NCBI GenBank assembly: GCA_963816715.1
Contig: CAWFMJ010000024.1
Coordinates: forward strand, 14,111-46,110
Direction: 5' to 3'
DNA from: an uncultured delta proteobacterium
GTDB taxonomy: Bacteria > Desulfobacterota > Syntrophorhabdia > Syntrophorhabdales > WCHB1-27
Length of the DNA stretch: 32,000 nucleotides
Below are positions 1 through 8,548 of the stretch, piece after piece. Position 1 is the first letter of the stretch, and the number at the start of each line of letters is the position of its first letter. A program made the translations under genes and the position numbers. The notes below the pieces were generated by a model that did not search any database, was not told the origin of the DNA, and saw only the letters and a list, made by a program, of their open reading frames with translations.

Positions 1-5
1 AGGTA

Positions 6-3000
6 TTGGCGCCGCTGAATGAAGAGTCGGTGCGCAAGGCAGTGCGATACCTGAAGAGTAAGAAGGTCGAATCCATCGCGGTGATGCTTATGTTCTCGCC
101 CATTCATCCCCAACACGAGGAGAGAATTGGCGAGATCGTTCGAGAGGAATGCCCCGGCGTCTATGTCGCCTTGTCATCTAAAATATTGCCCGTAATAGGT
201 GAGACCGAGAGATGGAGCACCACGATGTTCAGCGCCTACGTGGCCCCCGCAGTCAGCAGGTACCTGGCGGATCTGCGGCAGGCCCTCAAAGAATCGGGCT
301 TCAAGGGAGAATTGGCCTTCACGCAGAGCAACGGGGGGATCGCCACTCCCGACATCGTTCTCGACAACCCGGCAGTGCTGCTTCTTTCAGGTCCCGCGGC
401 GGGTCCGTCCCTCGGCCTTGCCCTCGGAGGCGTTCATGGTTCGCAGAACATCCTTTCCGTTGACATGGGAGGCACCAGTTTTGACGTGGGCGTCGTCTAC
501 GATGGAAACGTGAACATCGTGCAGCAAAAGATTATCGACGCCAAGAAATTCAGCCTCCCGTCTGTAGACGTGGCGGCGGCAGGAGCAGGCGGAGGGAGCA
601 TTGCGTGGATCGACGCGAGCGGAAGACTTCAAGTGGGTCCCAAGAGCGCGGGCGCCTATCCGGGCCCTGCCTGCTATGGCACGGGCGGCACGGAACCGAC
701 GGTCACCGATGCCGACGTTGTGCTCGGCTACATCGACCCGGAATTCTTCCTCGGCGGGGAGACAAAACTCAGGAAGGACCTCGCGGAAAAAGCCATCAAA
801 GAGAAGATAGCCGACCCGCTCGGCATGTCGGTGATCGACGCGGCCGCGGCAATCTACGACATCGTGAACGCGGTCATGGCGGGCGCCACGGACGTGAGCT
901 TTGCGAAACGCGGGTACGACCCGAGAGAGTTCACGCTGTGCGCCGCAGGCGGAGCGGCGCCCGTGCACGCCGTGCCGATCATGGAAGAGCTCGGCATCAA
1001 GAAATTGATCATACCGAAAGTCGCCCCAACCTACTGTGCTTTCGGGATGATGTTCTGCGACCTGAAGCACGACTACACGAAACCCTACGCATCCGAGACG
1101 ACGAAGGCGGACCTCGCCCTTATGAATCGTCTCTACGACGACATGGAGAAAATGGGCCGGGAGACCTTGAAGCGCGAAGGCGTCTCCCCGGAAGACGTGG
1201 TCATTGAGAAATCGATGGAGGTCAGGTACTACGGTCAGTTCCGGCAGCGATTTGCGAAGGTCCCCGCGGGGGACGTGACCGATGAGACGCTCAAGGCGAC
1301 AATTGACAACTTTCACGAGGTGCACAGTTCGGCCATGGGTTACGCCGATCCTGCCTTTCCCACCGAGATAATGTGTCTTCACCTGACGGCCGCCGCCAAC
1401 TTGGCAAAGCCCGAACTACGGGCAACGAACGGAGGGGCAGGTGAGTCGGCGTCGGCAGTGAAGGGCGCCCGGGAAGCCTATTTTGACGGTCATGGCACGA
1501 TGAGGGCGAAGGTTTACGATGGGAATAAGCTCTTCGCAGGCAACAGCGTCGAAGGTCCCGCCATCATCGAAGAAAAGTTCACGACTGTCGTGATACCTCC
1601 TGCCGCGACGGCTTCGGTAGATATCGTCGGGAATTACCTCGTGACCACCGACGGGACAGCCGGAAGCAAACGACCGACGAAGGAATCGGGAGGCAACGTC
1701 GATCCGACGACCTTCTCGGTGATTTGGAACAAATTCGAGTACCTGGCCGACCAGATAGGGCAGAAGATACTCTACTCCACGCAATCCTTTGTGACGGCGA
1801 ACGCCCGCGACCTCGGCCAGACGCTCTTGAACAAAGCCGGGAAGATTGTCGTTGCGTCGGCCTATTTGCCCATCCATACGCTTGTGGCTGAAGAAGCCAT
1901 CAGAGGCATTGAGTCCTATTTTCACGGCGACTACGAGCCGGGCGATTTCGTCGTGTCGAACGACCCTTACATTGTCAAGGGAGGACACCTTCCCGACTGG
2001 AATTTCATCAGGCCAATCTTTTACAAGGGCGAACACATCGGGTACTTCCAGGCAAAGACGCACGTTACCGACACAGGCGGCTTTCTGCCCGGAGGATACG
2101 GACCCGGCGCCTATGACATAATCGCCGAAGGGCTCAACATCCCCCCTATCAAGGTCTACAAAAAAGGAGTCCTGCAAAAAGAACTATGGGGATTTCTGTT
2201 GCGCAATATCAGGAACCCTACCGAAGTGGACATGGATACCAATCTGATAAACGGCGCAATGGCCCAGGCTGAAGAACAAGTGGCGTTGCTCTGCGACAAG
2301 TATGGCGTCGAAGCCGTCAAGGCCTGTCTGACGGAAATAGTGGCCGCAGGCGAAAAGGCAATGCGTGCGGAAATCGCCAAGATACCCGATGGCGTTTACT
2401 ACGGGGAATCGGCCACGGACTGGGACGGCAAGACGGACAAACCAATCTTCGTCCGGGTGAAGACTACCGTGAAGGGAGAGGAGATTACCTTCGACTTCTC
2501 GGACAGCGACCCCCAGGCTACCTTTGTCAACGTTCCCCTCGGTCTCACCAAAATGGATGTACTGCCCGGCTTCTATTCGCTCATCGATCCCAGCGTCCCG
2601 AAGAACGGCGGCACCATGAACCCCGTCACCGTGATCGCGCCCGAAGGAACCGTCGTGAACCCTCAGTACCCCGCAACGGTAGGGGCGTCGCAGATCGCCT
2701 GCGGCATCCAGATAGAGGAAGCCTGCATGTATGCTCTCAACCAGGCCATGCCCGATCGGGCTATGGCGGGATGGTCGAAGCATCTTTGCCCCATTCAGTT
2801 AGGCATGGATCCGAGGATCGTCGATCCGCGAACAGGACACATCAAACAGTACTGGTCCGAAACCTTCGGCTCTGACGGAGGGTCGGGCGCCCTCAAAGGC
2901 TATGACGGGTGGCAGGGAGTTGCCATCCTCGGGTCAGGGGCGAACTTCGGGAGGCCGAACATGGAGTTCTATGAAGCAACCTGTCCCTACCTAGTGACAA

Positions 3001-3467
3001 AGTACGAGATCCTTCCTGACTGGGAAGGCGCCGGCGAGTTCCGCGGCGGTCCGGGCACCTTTGTCGAACTCGTCGCCTACACTGCCGAGGGGGCGCCATC
3101 CCTGATCATGACGGGAAACAGCGACGGGACGAGATTCACCGTGCCGGGCGCTGCAGGCGGCCAGGATGGGCCCAAGGCAGAGATGTACCTGGAAGCCGTC
3201 GACGGGACCCGGAGAGTCCTTCGCACGATGACCACCGTCCCCATTTTTCCGGGCGAAAAATGCGCGAGCAGGGCAGCCGGCGGAGGAGGGTGGGGAAACC
3301 CGCTCAATCGGGACCCGCAGCGCGTTCAAAACGATGTGATCGAGGGACTCGTATCGCTCCAGAGAGCAAGGGATGTCTATGGGGTCGTCTTCTACCCGGA
3401 GACGTTTGAGGTGGATGCGGCGGCTACGGACGCTCTCAGAAAAGCGATGAAGGCAAAGCAGGCTTAA
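6..3467 (+). CDS. Hydantoinase A/B fusion protein (acetophenone carboxylase / N-methylhydantoinase / 5-oxoprolinase-like); probably 5'-truncated by window edge
   Basis: 1153-aa ORF; HyuA-type motifs (LLSGPAAGPSLG, NILSVDMGGTSFDVG, VDVAAAGAGGGSIAW, GPKSAGAYPGPACYGTGG) followed by HyuB-type sequence (NDPYIVKGGHLPDWNFIRPIF, ADTGGFLPG-like, GGGGWGNPLNRDP). Confidence 0.85.
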   Translation: MAPLNEESVRKAVRYLKSKKVESIAVMLMFSPIHPQHEERIGEIVREECPGVYVALSSKILPVIGETERWSTTMFSAYVAPAVSRYLADLRQALKESGFKGELAFTQSNGGIATPDIVLDNPAVLLLSGPAAGPSLGLALGGVHGSQNILSVDMGGTSFDVGVVYDGNVNIVQQKIIDAKKFSLPSVDVAAAGAGGGSIAWIDASGRLQVGPKSAGAYPGPACYGTGGTEPTVTDADVVLGYIDPEFFLGGETKLRKDLAEKAIKEKIADPLGMSVIDAAAAIYDIVNAVMAGATDVSFAKRGYDPREFTLCAAGGAAPVHAVPIMEELGIKKLIIPKVAPTYCAFGMMFCDLKHDYTKPYASETTKADLALMNRLYDDMEKMGRETLKREGVSPEDVVIEKSMEVRYYGQFRQRFAKVPAGDVTDETLKATIDNFHEVHSSAMGYADPAFPTEIMCLHLTAAANLAKPELRATNGGAGESASAVKGAREAYFDGHGTMRAKVYDGNKLFAGNSVEGPAIIEEKFTTVVIPPAATASVDIVGNYLVTTDGTAGSKRPTKESGGNVDPTTFSVIWNKFEYLADQIGQKILYSTQSFVTANARDLGQTLLNKAGKIVVASAYLPIHTLVAEEAIRGIESYFHGDYEPGDFVVSNDPYIVKGGHLPDWNFIRPIFYKGEHIGYFQAKTHVTDTGGFLPGGYGPGAYDIIAEGLNIPPIKVYKKGVLQKELWGFLLRNIRNPTEVDMDTNLINGAMAQAEEQVALLCDKYGVEAVKACLTEIVAAGEKAMRAEIAKIPDGVYYGESATDWDGKTDKPIFVRVKTTVKGEEITFDFSDSDPQATFVNVPLGLTKMDVLPGFYSLIDPSVPKNGGTMNPVTVIAPEGTVVNPQYPATVGASQIACGIQIEEACMYALNQAMPDRAMAGWSKHLCPIQLGMDPRIVDPRTGHIKQYWSETFGSDGGSGALKGYDGWQGVAILGSGANFGRPNMEFYEATCPYLVTKYEILPDWEGAGEFRGGPGTFVELVAYTAEGAPSLIMTGNSDGTRFTVPGAAGGQDGPKAEMYLEAVDGTRRVLRTMTTVPIFPGEKCASRAAGGGGWGNPLNRDPQRVQNDVIEGLVSLQRARDVYGVVFYPETFEVDAAATDALRKAMKAKQA

Positions 3468-3543
3468 ACGAAATAGCTGCAGGACTTGGACAAGATCAAG
3501 CAGACCGGTTTTCGGCAGCACCACCAAGCTTGGAGGGGGAAGA

Positions 3544-4470
3544 ATGAAGATTCTGGGATTGAGCTGCGGAAGAAAGATGGGAAATTCAGAGGTTCTCGTG
3601 AAGGCGGCCCTCATGGGAGCCGAAGAGGCCGGGGCAGACGTCGAGATCATGCGACTCATGGATTTGCACATAAAGCCGTGCAGGGGCTGCGAGAGCTGTA
3701 CGGCGAAAATGGCGAAAGGCGAACTGGCCGAGTGCGTGATCAAGGGCGATGACCTGGGCTTCGTGGCGGAGAAATTCGGAGCGTTTCAAGGTCTTATCGT
3801 CGGCTCGCCGGTCTATTTTCTCGCCCCGCCGGGCTATCTGAAGGTGCTTACCGACCGGATGATATCGAGAGAAATCAACGCCACCATGGCGGCAGCCAGG
3901 GATGGGGAAAAGAAACGGCCCGTCGGGCTTATCGCCGTGGGCGGCGGAAACAAGTCGTGGACGCCGATGGGCCTGTCTTTGATGAAGCTTCTCACCTTTA
4001 CGGAATTCACAACAATAGACCAATTGCACGTTACGGAAGCGGCCCGCCCTGCCCAGATCCTTCTCGACGAGCGAGCGCTGGGCAAGGCAAAAGTACTGGG
4101 CAGGCACGTTGCTCAGGCAGCGGCAGGGCCGGCTGACGCCATGACGTTTATGGGGGATGACGCGGGAATCTGTCCCGTCTGTCACTCCAATATGGTTGTC
4201 CACTTGAAGCAGGGGCCGACCGTGGAGTGCCCGATCTGCGGCGCTGCCGGGACACTGAAGCTTGAGGGAGACAATGTCGCCATGGTCCTCGACGAGGCAA
4301 GCATGAAAACGAACCGCTCCACCCTCGGGGGCAGGCTGCACCACTTTCTTGAGATCAAGGAGATACACGAGCGGTACTACGCAAACATCGACGAAGTTCA
4401 GAAAAGAGAGGAGAAGTACAAATCCTACCTCTCATACCTCATGCCGCCGACCGGCAAAGGGGCTCGGTGA
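3544..4470 (+). CDS. Flavodoxin-fold NAD(P)H-dependent FMN/iron-sulfur flavoprotein with C-terminal zinc-ribbon-like Cys motifs
   Basis: 308-aa ORF; MKILGLSCGRKMGNSEVLVKAAL, CRGCESC, GSPVYFLAPPGYLKVLTDR; later CPVC...CPIC pair. Confidence 0.8.
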   Translation: MKILGLSCGRKMGNSEVLVKAALMGAEEAGADVEIMRLMDLHIKPCRGCESCTAKMAKGELAECVIKGDDLGFVAEKFGAFQGLIVGSPVYFLAPPGYLKVLTDRMISREINATMAAARDGEKKRPVGLIAVGGGNKSWTPMGLSLMKLLTFTEFTTIDQLHVTEAARPAQILLDERALGKAKVLGRHVAQAAAGPADAMTFMGDDAGICPVCHSNMVVHLKQGPTVECPICGAAGTLKLEGDNVAMVLDEASMKTNRSTLGGRLHHFLEIKEIHERYYANIDEVQKREEKYKSYLSYLMPPTGKGAR

Positions 4471-4584
4471 AGGGTTGAAGAGGCGCTCCAAGAAGCGGGA
4501 GAAGCAGGGGGACCCAGCTCGGGCGGATAGGCAAAGCGCTCTACGGGTCGAACGCCAAAAACCATTTCCAGAAAGGGAGGGCAC

Positions 4585-5856
4585 ATGAAGGAAGAAAGTT
4601 ACCCCGGTTACAGGTGGTTTGTCATAGTGGCCATGGGAATCATTGTTGTTGCCCAGGGAATAGTCCTCATAGCTCCGGCGCCGCTGGTGGGGGTTGTTGC
4701 GAAGAAGCTGGGGATGACGATAGGCCAGGCAACGGGCGGCACGATGGGACTCTTCACCATCGTGGTGGCGGTCGTCTCCATGGCGGGCGGGCCTCTCATG
4801 GACAAACTCGGGTCGGCTTGGTCAAGGATCCTTTCTGTTGCGCTTATGCTCATCGGTACGTTGCTCATGCCGATTATCGGAACGTCTTTCGGCGGACTTC
4901 TCGTCTGCAGGGCCATACAGGCGGTCGGGGCGGCATTCACCATGGGTTCTCTTGCCAGGATTGCTTCCGACTGGTTCCCGCCGAACCAAAGGTCGCTTGC
5001 CGTGGGACTTCAGGGCACGGGGCAGGCAATAGGCATCGCCCTGGGGTTTGCTCTCATACCGTCGGCCTTTGCACGCAGCGGCAACCTTGAATGGTCTTTG
5101 ACCACGTCAACAACAATAGCGCTCGCAGTAGGAGGAGTGCTGGGCCTGATAATCCTGTTTGGACCCAAGCCGCCTATCCAGGCCGCGGTCAGCGGTTCAT
5201 CGGCGCCGACGGGTTTGTTCAGGCGCGCAGTCGCCACGCCGGCGACATGGGTCGCCATCGTTGGCGGCGCGGTGATGACCTGGGTCTATATGGCATTTAA
5301 CGATCTCACCCCCGGATATCTAGCAATAGACAAACCCGTCGGGCTTGGCTTAGGGCCGGTGCACGCCGGTCAAATCATGATCGGCGCGCAACTATCCTTC
5401 ATGCTTGGCTGCATCTTTACAGGAATCATCATCGAAAAACTGTTCCGCGGCAGTACGAGACCGCTGCTCGTCATCTGTACGATCGGGTCCGCCGTCTGCG
5501 TGTACGCCGTCAAGTCTCAAGCAGTCCTCGCCAGCCAACCCCTTCTCCTGGCGACGATAGTGCTCGCCGGGTTCTTCCTGGGAGTCCCTCTGGCTGCCGC
5601 GCTCGGATTCCTCGCAAAATATTATCCGAATCAAATATCGGGCGCTCTTGGGGGGCTGGGAATGGGAATCTCGATCCTCCTCGGCGCCATAGGGTTGAAC
5701 GTCAATGCCTATCTGCTGCACACAACCGGCTTCTATTTCACCTCCATCACGCTCATAACGGTTCTATCGATTGTCTCCTTCGTCATCTGTCTCTTTCTCG
5801 TGCCTCCCAAGGCATTCGGCGTTCAACGCGAAGCGGGGCTTGCCCTGAACACGTGA
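4585..5856 (+). CDS. Major facilitator superfamily transporter
   Basis: 423 aa, multiple hydrophobic segments, MFS-like GGPLMDKLGSAWSRI and RAIQAVGAAFTMGSLARIASDWFPPNQRSLAVGLQGTG. Confidence 0.85.
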   Translation: MKEESYPGYRWFVIVAMGIIVVAQGIVLIAPAPLVGVVAKKLGMTIGQATGGTMGLFTIVVAVVSMAGGPLMDKLGSAWSRILSVALMLIGTLLMPIIGTSFGGLLVCRAIQAVGAAFTMGSLARIASDWFPPNQRSLAVGLQGTGQAIGIALGFALIPSAFARSGNLEWSLTTSTTIALAVGGVLGLIILFGPKPPIQAAVSGSSAPTGLFRRAVATPATWVAIVGGAVMTWVYMAFNDLTPGYLAIDKPVGLGLGPVHAGQIMIGAQLSFMLGCIFTGIIIEKLFRGSTRPLLVICTIGSAVCVYAVKSQAVLASQPLLLATIVLAGFFLGVPLAAALGFLAKYYPNQISGALGGLGMGISILLGAIGLNVNAYLLHTTGFYFTSITLITVLSIVSFVICLFLVPPKAFGVQREAGLALNT

Positions 5857-5867
5857 ACTTCACCGCT

Positions 5868-5928
5868 TCTGTGAGGCGCACAAGGGGCAACAGCGCGAAG
5901 GCCTGCTGCTCCTTGTGCGCCTCACAGA
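5868..5928. terminator. Long inverted repeat (18-bp perfect arms, 25-nt loop) between the MFS gene and the next ORF
   Basis: TCTGTGAGGCGCACAAGG (5868-5885) / CCTTGTGCGCCTCACAGA (5911-5928); no following T-run, so the intrinsic terminator role is uncertain. Confidence 0.5.
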
Positions 5929-6424
5929 GCAAGTAATGGAGATTACGGCAATGGATAATCCTCTCGAAGTAAAGGTGCAGTGGTTGTTGGACCGAACGTC
6001 GATAAGCGAATTACTTTACAGCTTCGCCCATTCTCTCGACACAGGCGACGTGGAACAATATGCGAACAATTATGCCGAGGGCGGCGTTCTCGAACTTCCC
6101 GACCCGACGTCTGCTTCAGGCGCGACCCTCATTATCCCCCGAGACCGCATGACAGACTTTGTGCGAAAGGGGCTGCTGGCCAGGTATCGGGCTACCCACC
6201 ATATCAGCACTAACCATCAGATCGGCATCACCGGCGATACGGCCGTTTCGCGCTCGTATCTCCAGGCTGTACACGTCGGCGAGACCCCCTTCGACCACTG
6301 GGACGCAGGCGGCTGGTACGACTGCACCTACGTCAGAACGACCGAGGGGTGGAGGTTTGCGAGCGTCAGGCTGACGCCGGTATGGTTGACCGGCAAACCG
6401 GGCTCCATCGACTCCAAAGAATGA
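5915..6424 (+). CDS. SnoaL-like / NTF2-fold polyketide cyclase-like protein (start may be downstream, e.g. ATG at 5938 or 5951)
   Basis: ORF with LLDRTSISELLYSFAHSLDTGDVEQYANNYAEGGVLELPD ... ATHHISTNHQIGITGDTAVSRSYLQAVHV ... GGWYDCTYVRTTEGWRFASVRLTPVWLTG. Confidence 0.75.
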   Translation: MRLTEQVMEITAMDNPLEVKVQWLLDRTSISELLYSFAHSLDTGDVEQYANNYAEGGVLELPDPTSASGATLIIPRDRMTDFVRKGLLARYRATHHISTNHQIGITGDTAVSRSYLQAVHVGETPFDHWDAGGWYDCTYVRTTEGWRFASVRLTPVWLTGKPGSIDSKE

Positions 6425-6446
6425 GAGGATCAGGAAAGGAGGATGC

Positions 6447-7637
6447 ATGACAAGGGCATTAGAAGACGTGACGGTGATAGACCTTACGCAGGCGCTTGCA
6501 GGCCCGTTTTGCACCCAGCAATTGGCGTTGATGGGCGCCAACGTCATACGAATTGAGCCGCCCTCGGGCGGTTACGGAACAGCCGTCTTCGGGGGCTTCG
6601 AAATGGACATCCGGAGAAGGCTGTTCGGCACCTGTTTCGCGAACAAGAAGAATACAACCCTCAACCTGCGCACCGAGAAAGGCAAAGAGTTGTTTTTCCG
6701 TCTGGTGGAGAAGGGGGATGTAATCGTTCAGAACTTCTCGCCCGGCACTATGGAGAAGTTGGGTCTTGACTACGAGGTGCTGAAGAAAGCAAATCCCAAG
6801 ATCGTCTACTGCGCCATTTCGGGATACGGACAGACCGGGCCGTGGAAAGACAAAGTCGCCTACGACATGTTTGTTCAGGCATCGACCGGCTTCATGAGCA
6901 TGAACGGCTACCCCGATAGAGAGCCGCTCAGGGTCGGCGTACCGATCTCGGACCTGCTGGGAGGGCTCTATGCCGCTATCGGCATATTAACCGCCCTCCA
7001 TGCGCGAGATAAGGTGACCGGCGAGGGACAAATGATCGATTGCGCCATGTTCGACGCAACCATTTCGCTTCTTCAGGAAGCTGCATCCCTCAGCCTGTTT
7101 CGCGGCGAGCCTGTGCCGCGGACGGGGAACCGTCATCCCTTTGGCGCTCCCTCCGACACGTTCGACACCAGGGACGGCAAGCCGGAATATATCGGGACCC
7201 AGACGGATGGCCAGTGGAAGGCCCTCATAGGCCTGATTGCCCCGAACGATGTCGAAAAAAGGGAATGGGGCGTGCTCGACCGCCTGAAGCGCGGCGATGA
7301 GATCGATGCGATCGTCCGGGCATGGGCAAAAACGAAAACGCGGGAGGAAATCGAGGAACTCCTTTCACGTTGCGACGTGCCCTGCGCCCCTGTTCTGAAC
7401 ATGATCGAGGTTTCACAACACCCGCACACAAAAGCGAGGGAGATGTTCATTGACGCCGACGACATGTTCGGAACCATCACAGGGCTGATAGGAGTGGCGC
7501 CGAAACTGTTGGGCACGCCGGGAAGGATCGACTGGGGGATCATGGAGCGAGGGGCTTTCAATGAAGAAGTTTATGCAGGTCTCCTGGGGCTGACTGAAGA
7601 GGAGATGGATGACCTGAAGGAGAAACATGTCATCTGA
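6447..7637 (+). CDS. CaiB/BaiF family (type III) CoA-transferase
   Basis: 396 aa; VTVIDLTQALAGPFCTQQLALMGANVIRIEPPSGG, KKNTTLNLRTEKGKELFFRLVEKGDVIVQNFSPG, CAISGYGQTGPWKDKVAYDMFVQASTG. Confidence 0.92.
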   Translation: MTRALEDVTVIDLTQALAGPFCTQQLALMGANVIRIEPPSGGYGTAVFGGFEMDIRRRLFGTCFANKKNTTLNLRTEKGKELFFRLVEKGDVIVQNFSPGTMEKLGLDYEVLKKANPKIVYCAISGYGQTGPWKDKVAYDMFVQASTGFMSMNGYPDREPLRVGVPISDLLGGLYAAIGILTALHARDKVTGEGQMIDCAMFDATISLLQEAASLSLFRGEPVPRTGNRHPFGAPSDTFDTRDGKPEYIGTQTDGQWKALIGLIAPNDVEKREWGVLDRLKRGDEIDAIVRAWAKTKTREEIEELLSRCDVPCAPVLNMIEVSQHPHTKAREMFIDADDMFGTITGLIGVAPKLLGTPGRIDWGIMERGAFNEEVYAGLLGLTEEEMDDLKEKHVI

Positions 7638-7702
7638 GCAGACGATGGACAATGCCGGGAAGTCCGCCGAACGAGTTCCGGCACAGAGGAGGAGGCGTGA
7701 GT

Positions 7703-8473
7703 ATGGGCGTCGTTGAATACCAAAAGAAGCATCATCTGTCGATTATTACTTTGAACAGACCGGAAAAACTGAATGCGTTTACCGAGGAGATGTTCGCGGC
7801 GCTAAGGGACTGCTGGACGCGCTTCCGGGACGACGAAGATGCCTGGATCGCAATACTGACGGCGCGAGGCAAATCGTTTTCCGCCGGCGCCGATAAGGAA
7901 TGGTTTCAGAAGACGCTCGCCGGCGAGGTCTCGATTGAGACCTTTGCCAGCCTGACGGCGCAGGACCCTTACTGGTCGGGAAGATTGGACAAACCCGTCA
8001 TCGCCGCAGTTAACGGATTTTGCGTGGGAGCAGGCCTCGATCTCGTGCTTCGTGCAGATCTGAGGACGGCGGCCCAAGGAGCATGGTTTCAGCAGGTCGA
8101 GGTGCAGCGAGGCAACGTGATGTTCTTCTTTGACAACCTGCCCTGCGCTATCGCCGCAGAAATGATCAGCGGCTTCCGCATCACCGCCCAACGGGCCTAC
8201 GACGTGGGCATGATCAACCGGGTTGTGCCGGACGATCAATTGATGGACCAGACGATGGAACTGGCCGAAGAGCTGTTGACAAGACAGCCGCTGGCGCTTT
8301 ATCACGCGCTCAAACTGTTGCGGGACATGAAAAACGCCTCCGCCGTCGTTCCCCGCAGTTTGATCGACCGCTATGCCACGGAACTTTCCAAAGGGTTGAT
8401 GCAGACAGAGGACTGGAAGGAAGGAACAGCGGCATTCCTCCACAAAAGGGCGCCAGCCTACAAGAAGCGGTAG
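7703..8473 (+). CDS. Enoyl-CoA hydratase/isomerase family protein
   Basis: MGVVEYQKKHHLSIITLNRPEKLNAFTEEM..., FSAGADKEWF, PVIAAVNGFCVGAGLDLVLRADLRTA; the ORF is open to 7652 but ATG 7703 follows a GGAGG-like RBS. Confidence 0.9.
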   Translation: MGVVEYQKKHHLSIITLNRPEKLNAFTEEMFAALRDCWTRFRDDEDAWIAILTARGKSFSAGADKEWFQKTLAGEVSIETFASLTAQDPYWSGRLDKPVIAAVNGFCVGAGLDLVLRADLRTAAQGAWFQQVEVQRGNVMFFFDNLPCAIAAEMISGFRITAQRAYDVGMINRVVPDDQLMDQTMELAEELLTRQPLALYHALKLLRDMKNASAVVPRSLIDRYATELSKGLMQTEDWKEGTAAFLHKRAPAYKKR

Positions 8474-8548
8474 CTCGCCTTTTCTATCCAATATTTCCCG
8501 CGTGACAGCGACAAAAGGGGAGCATGAGTCGATCTCCCCTGATATGCG

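Noticed and set aside
387-1382. 331-aa minus-strand ORF
   Set aside because: Shadow of the HyuA part; His/Arg/Val-rich with no motif.
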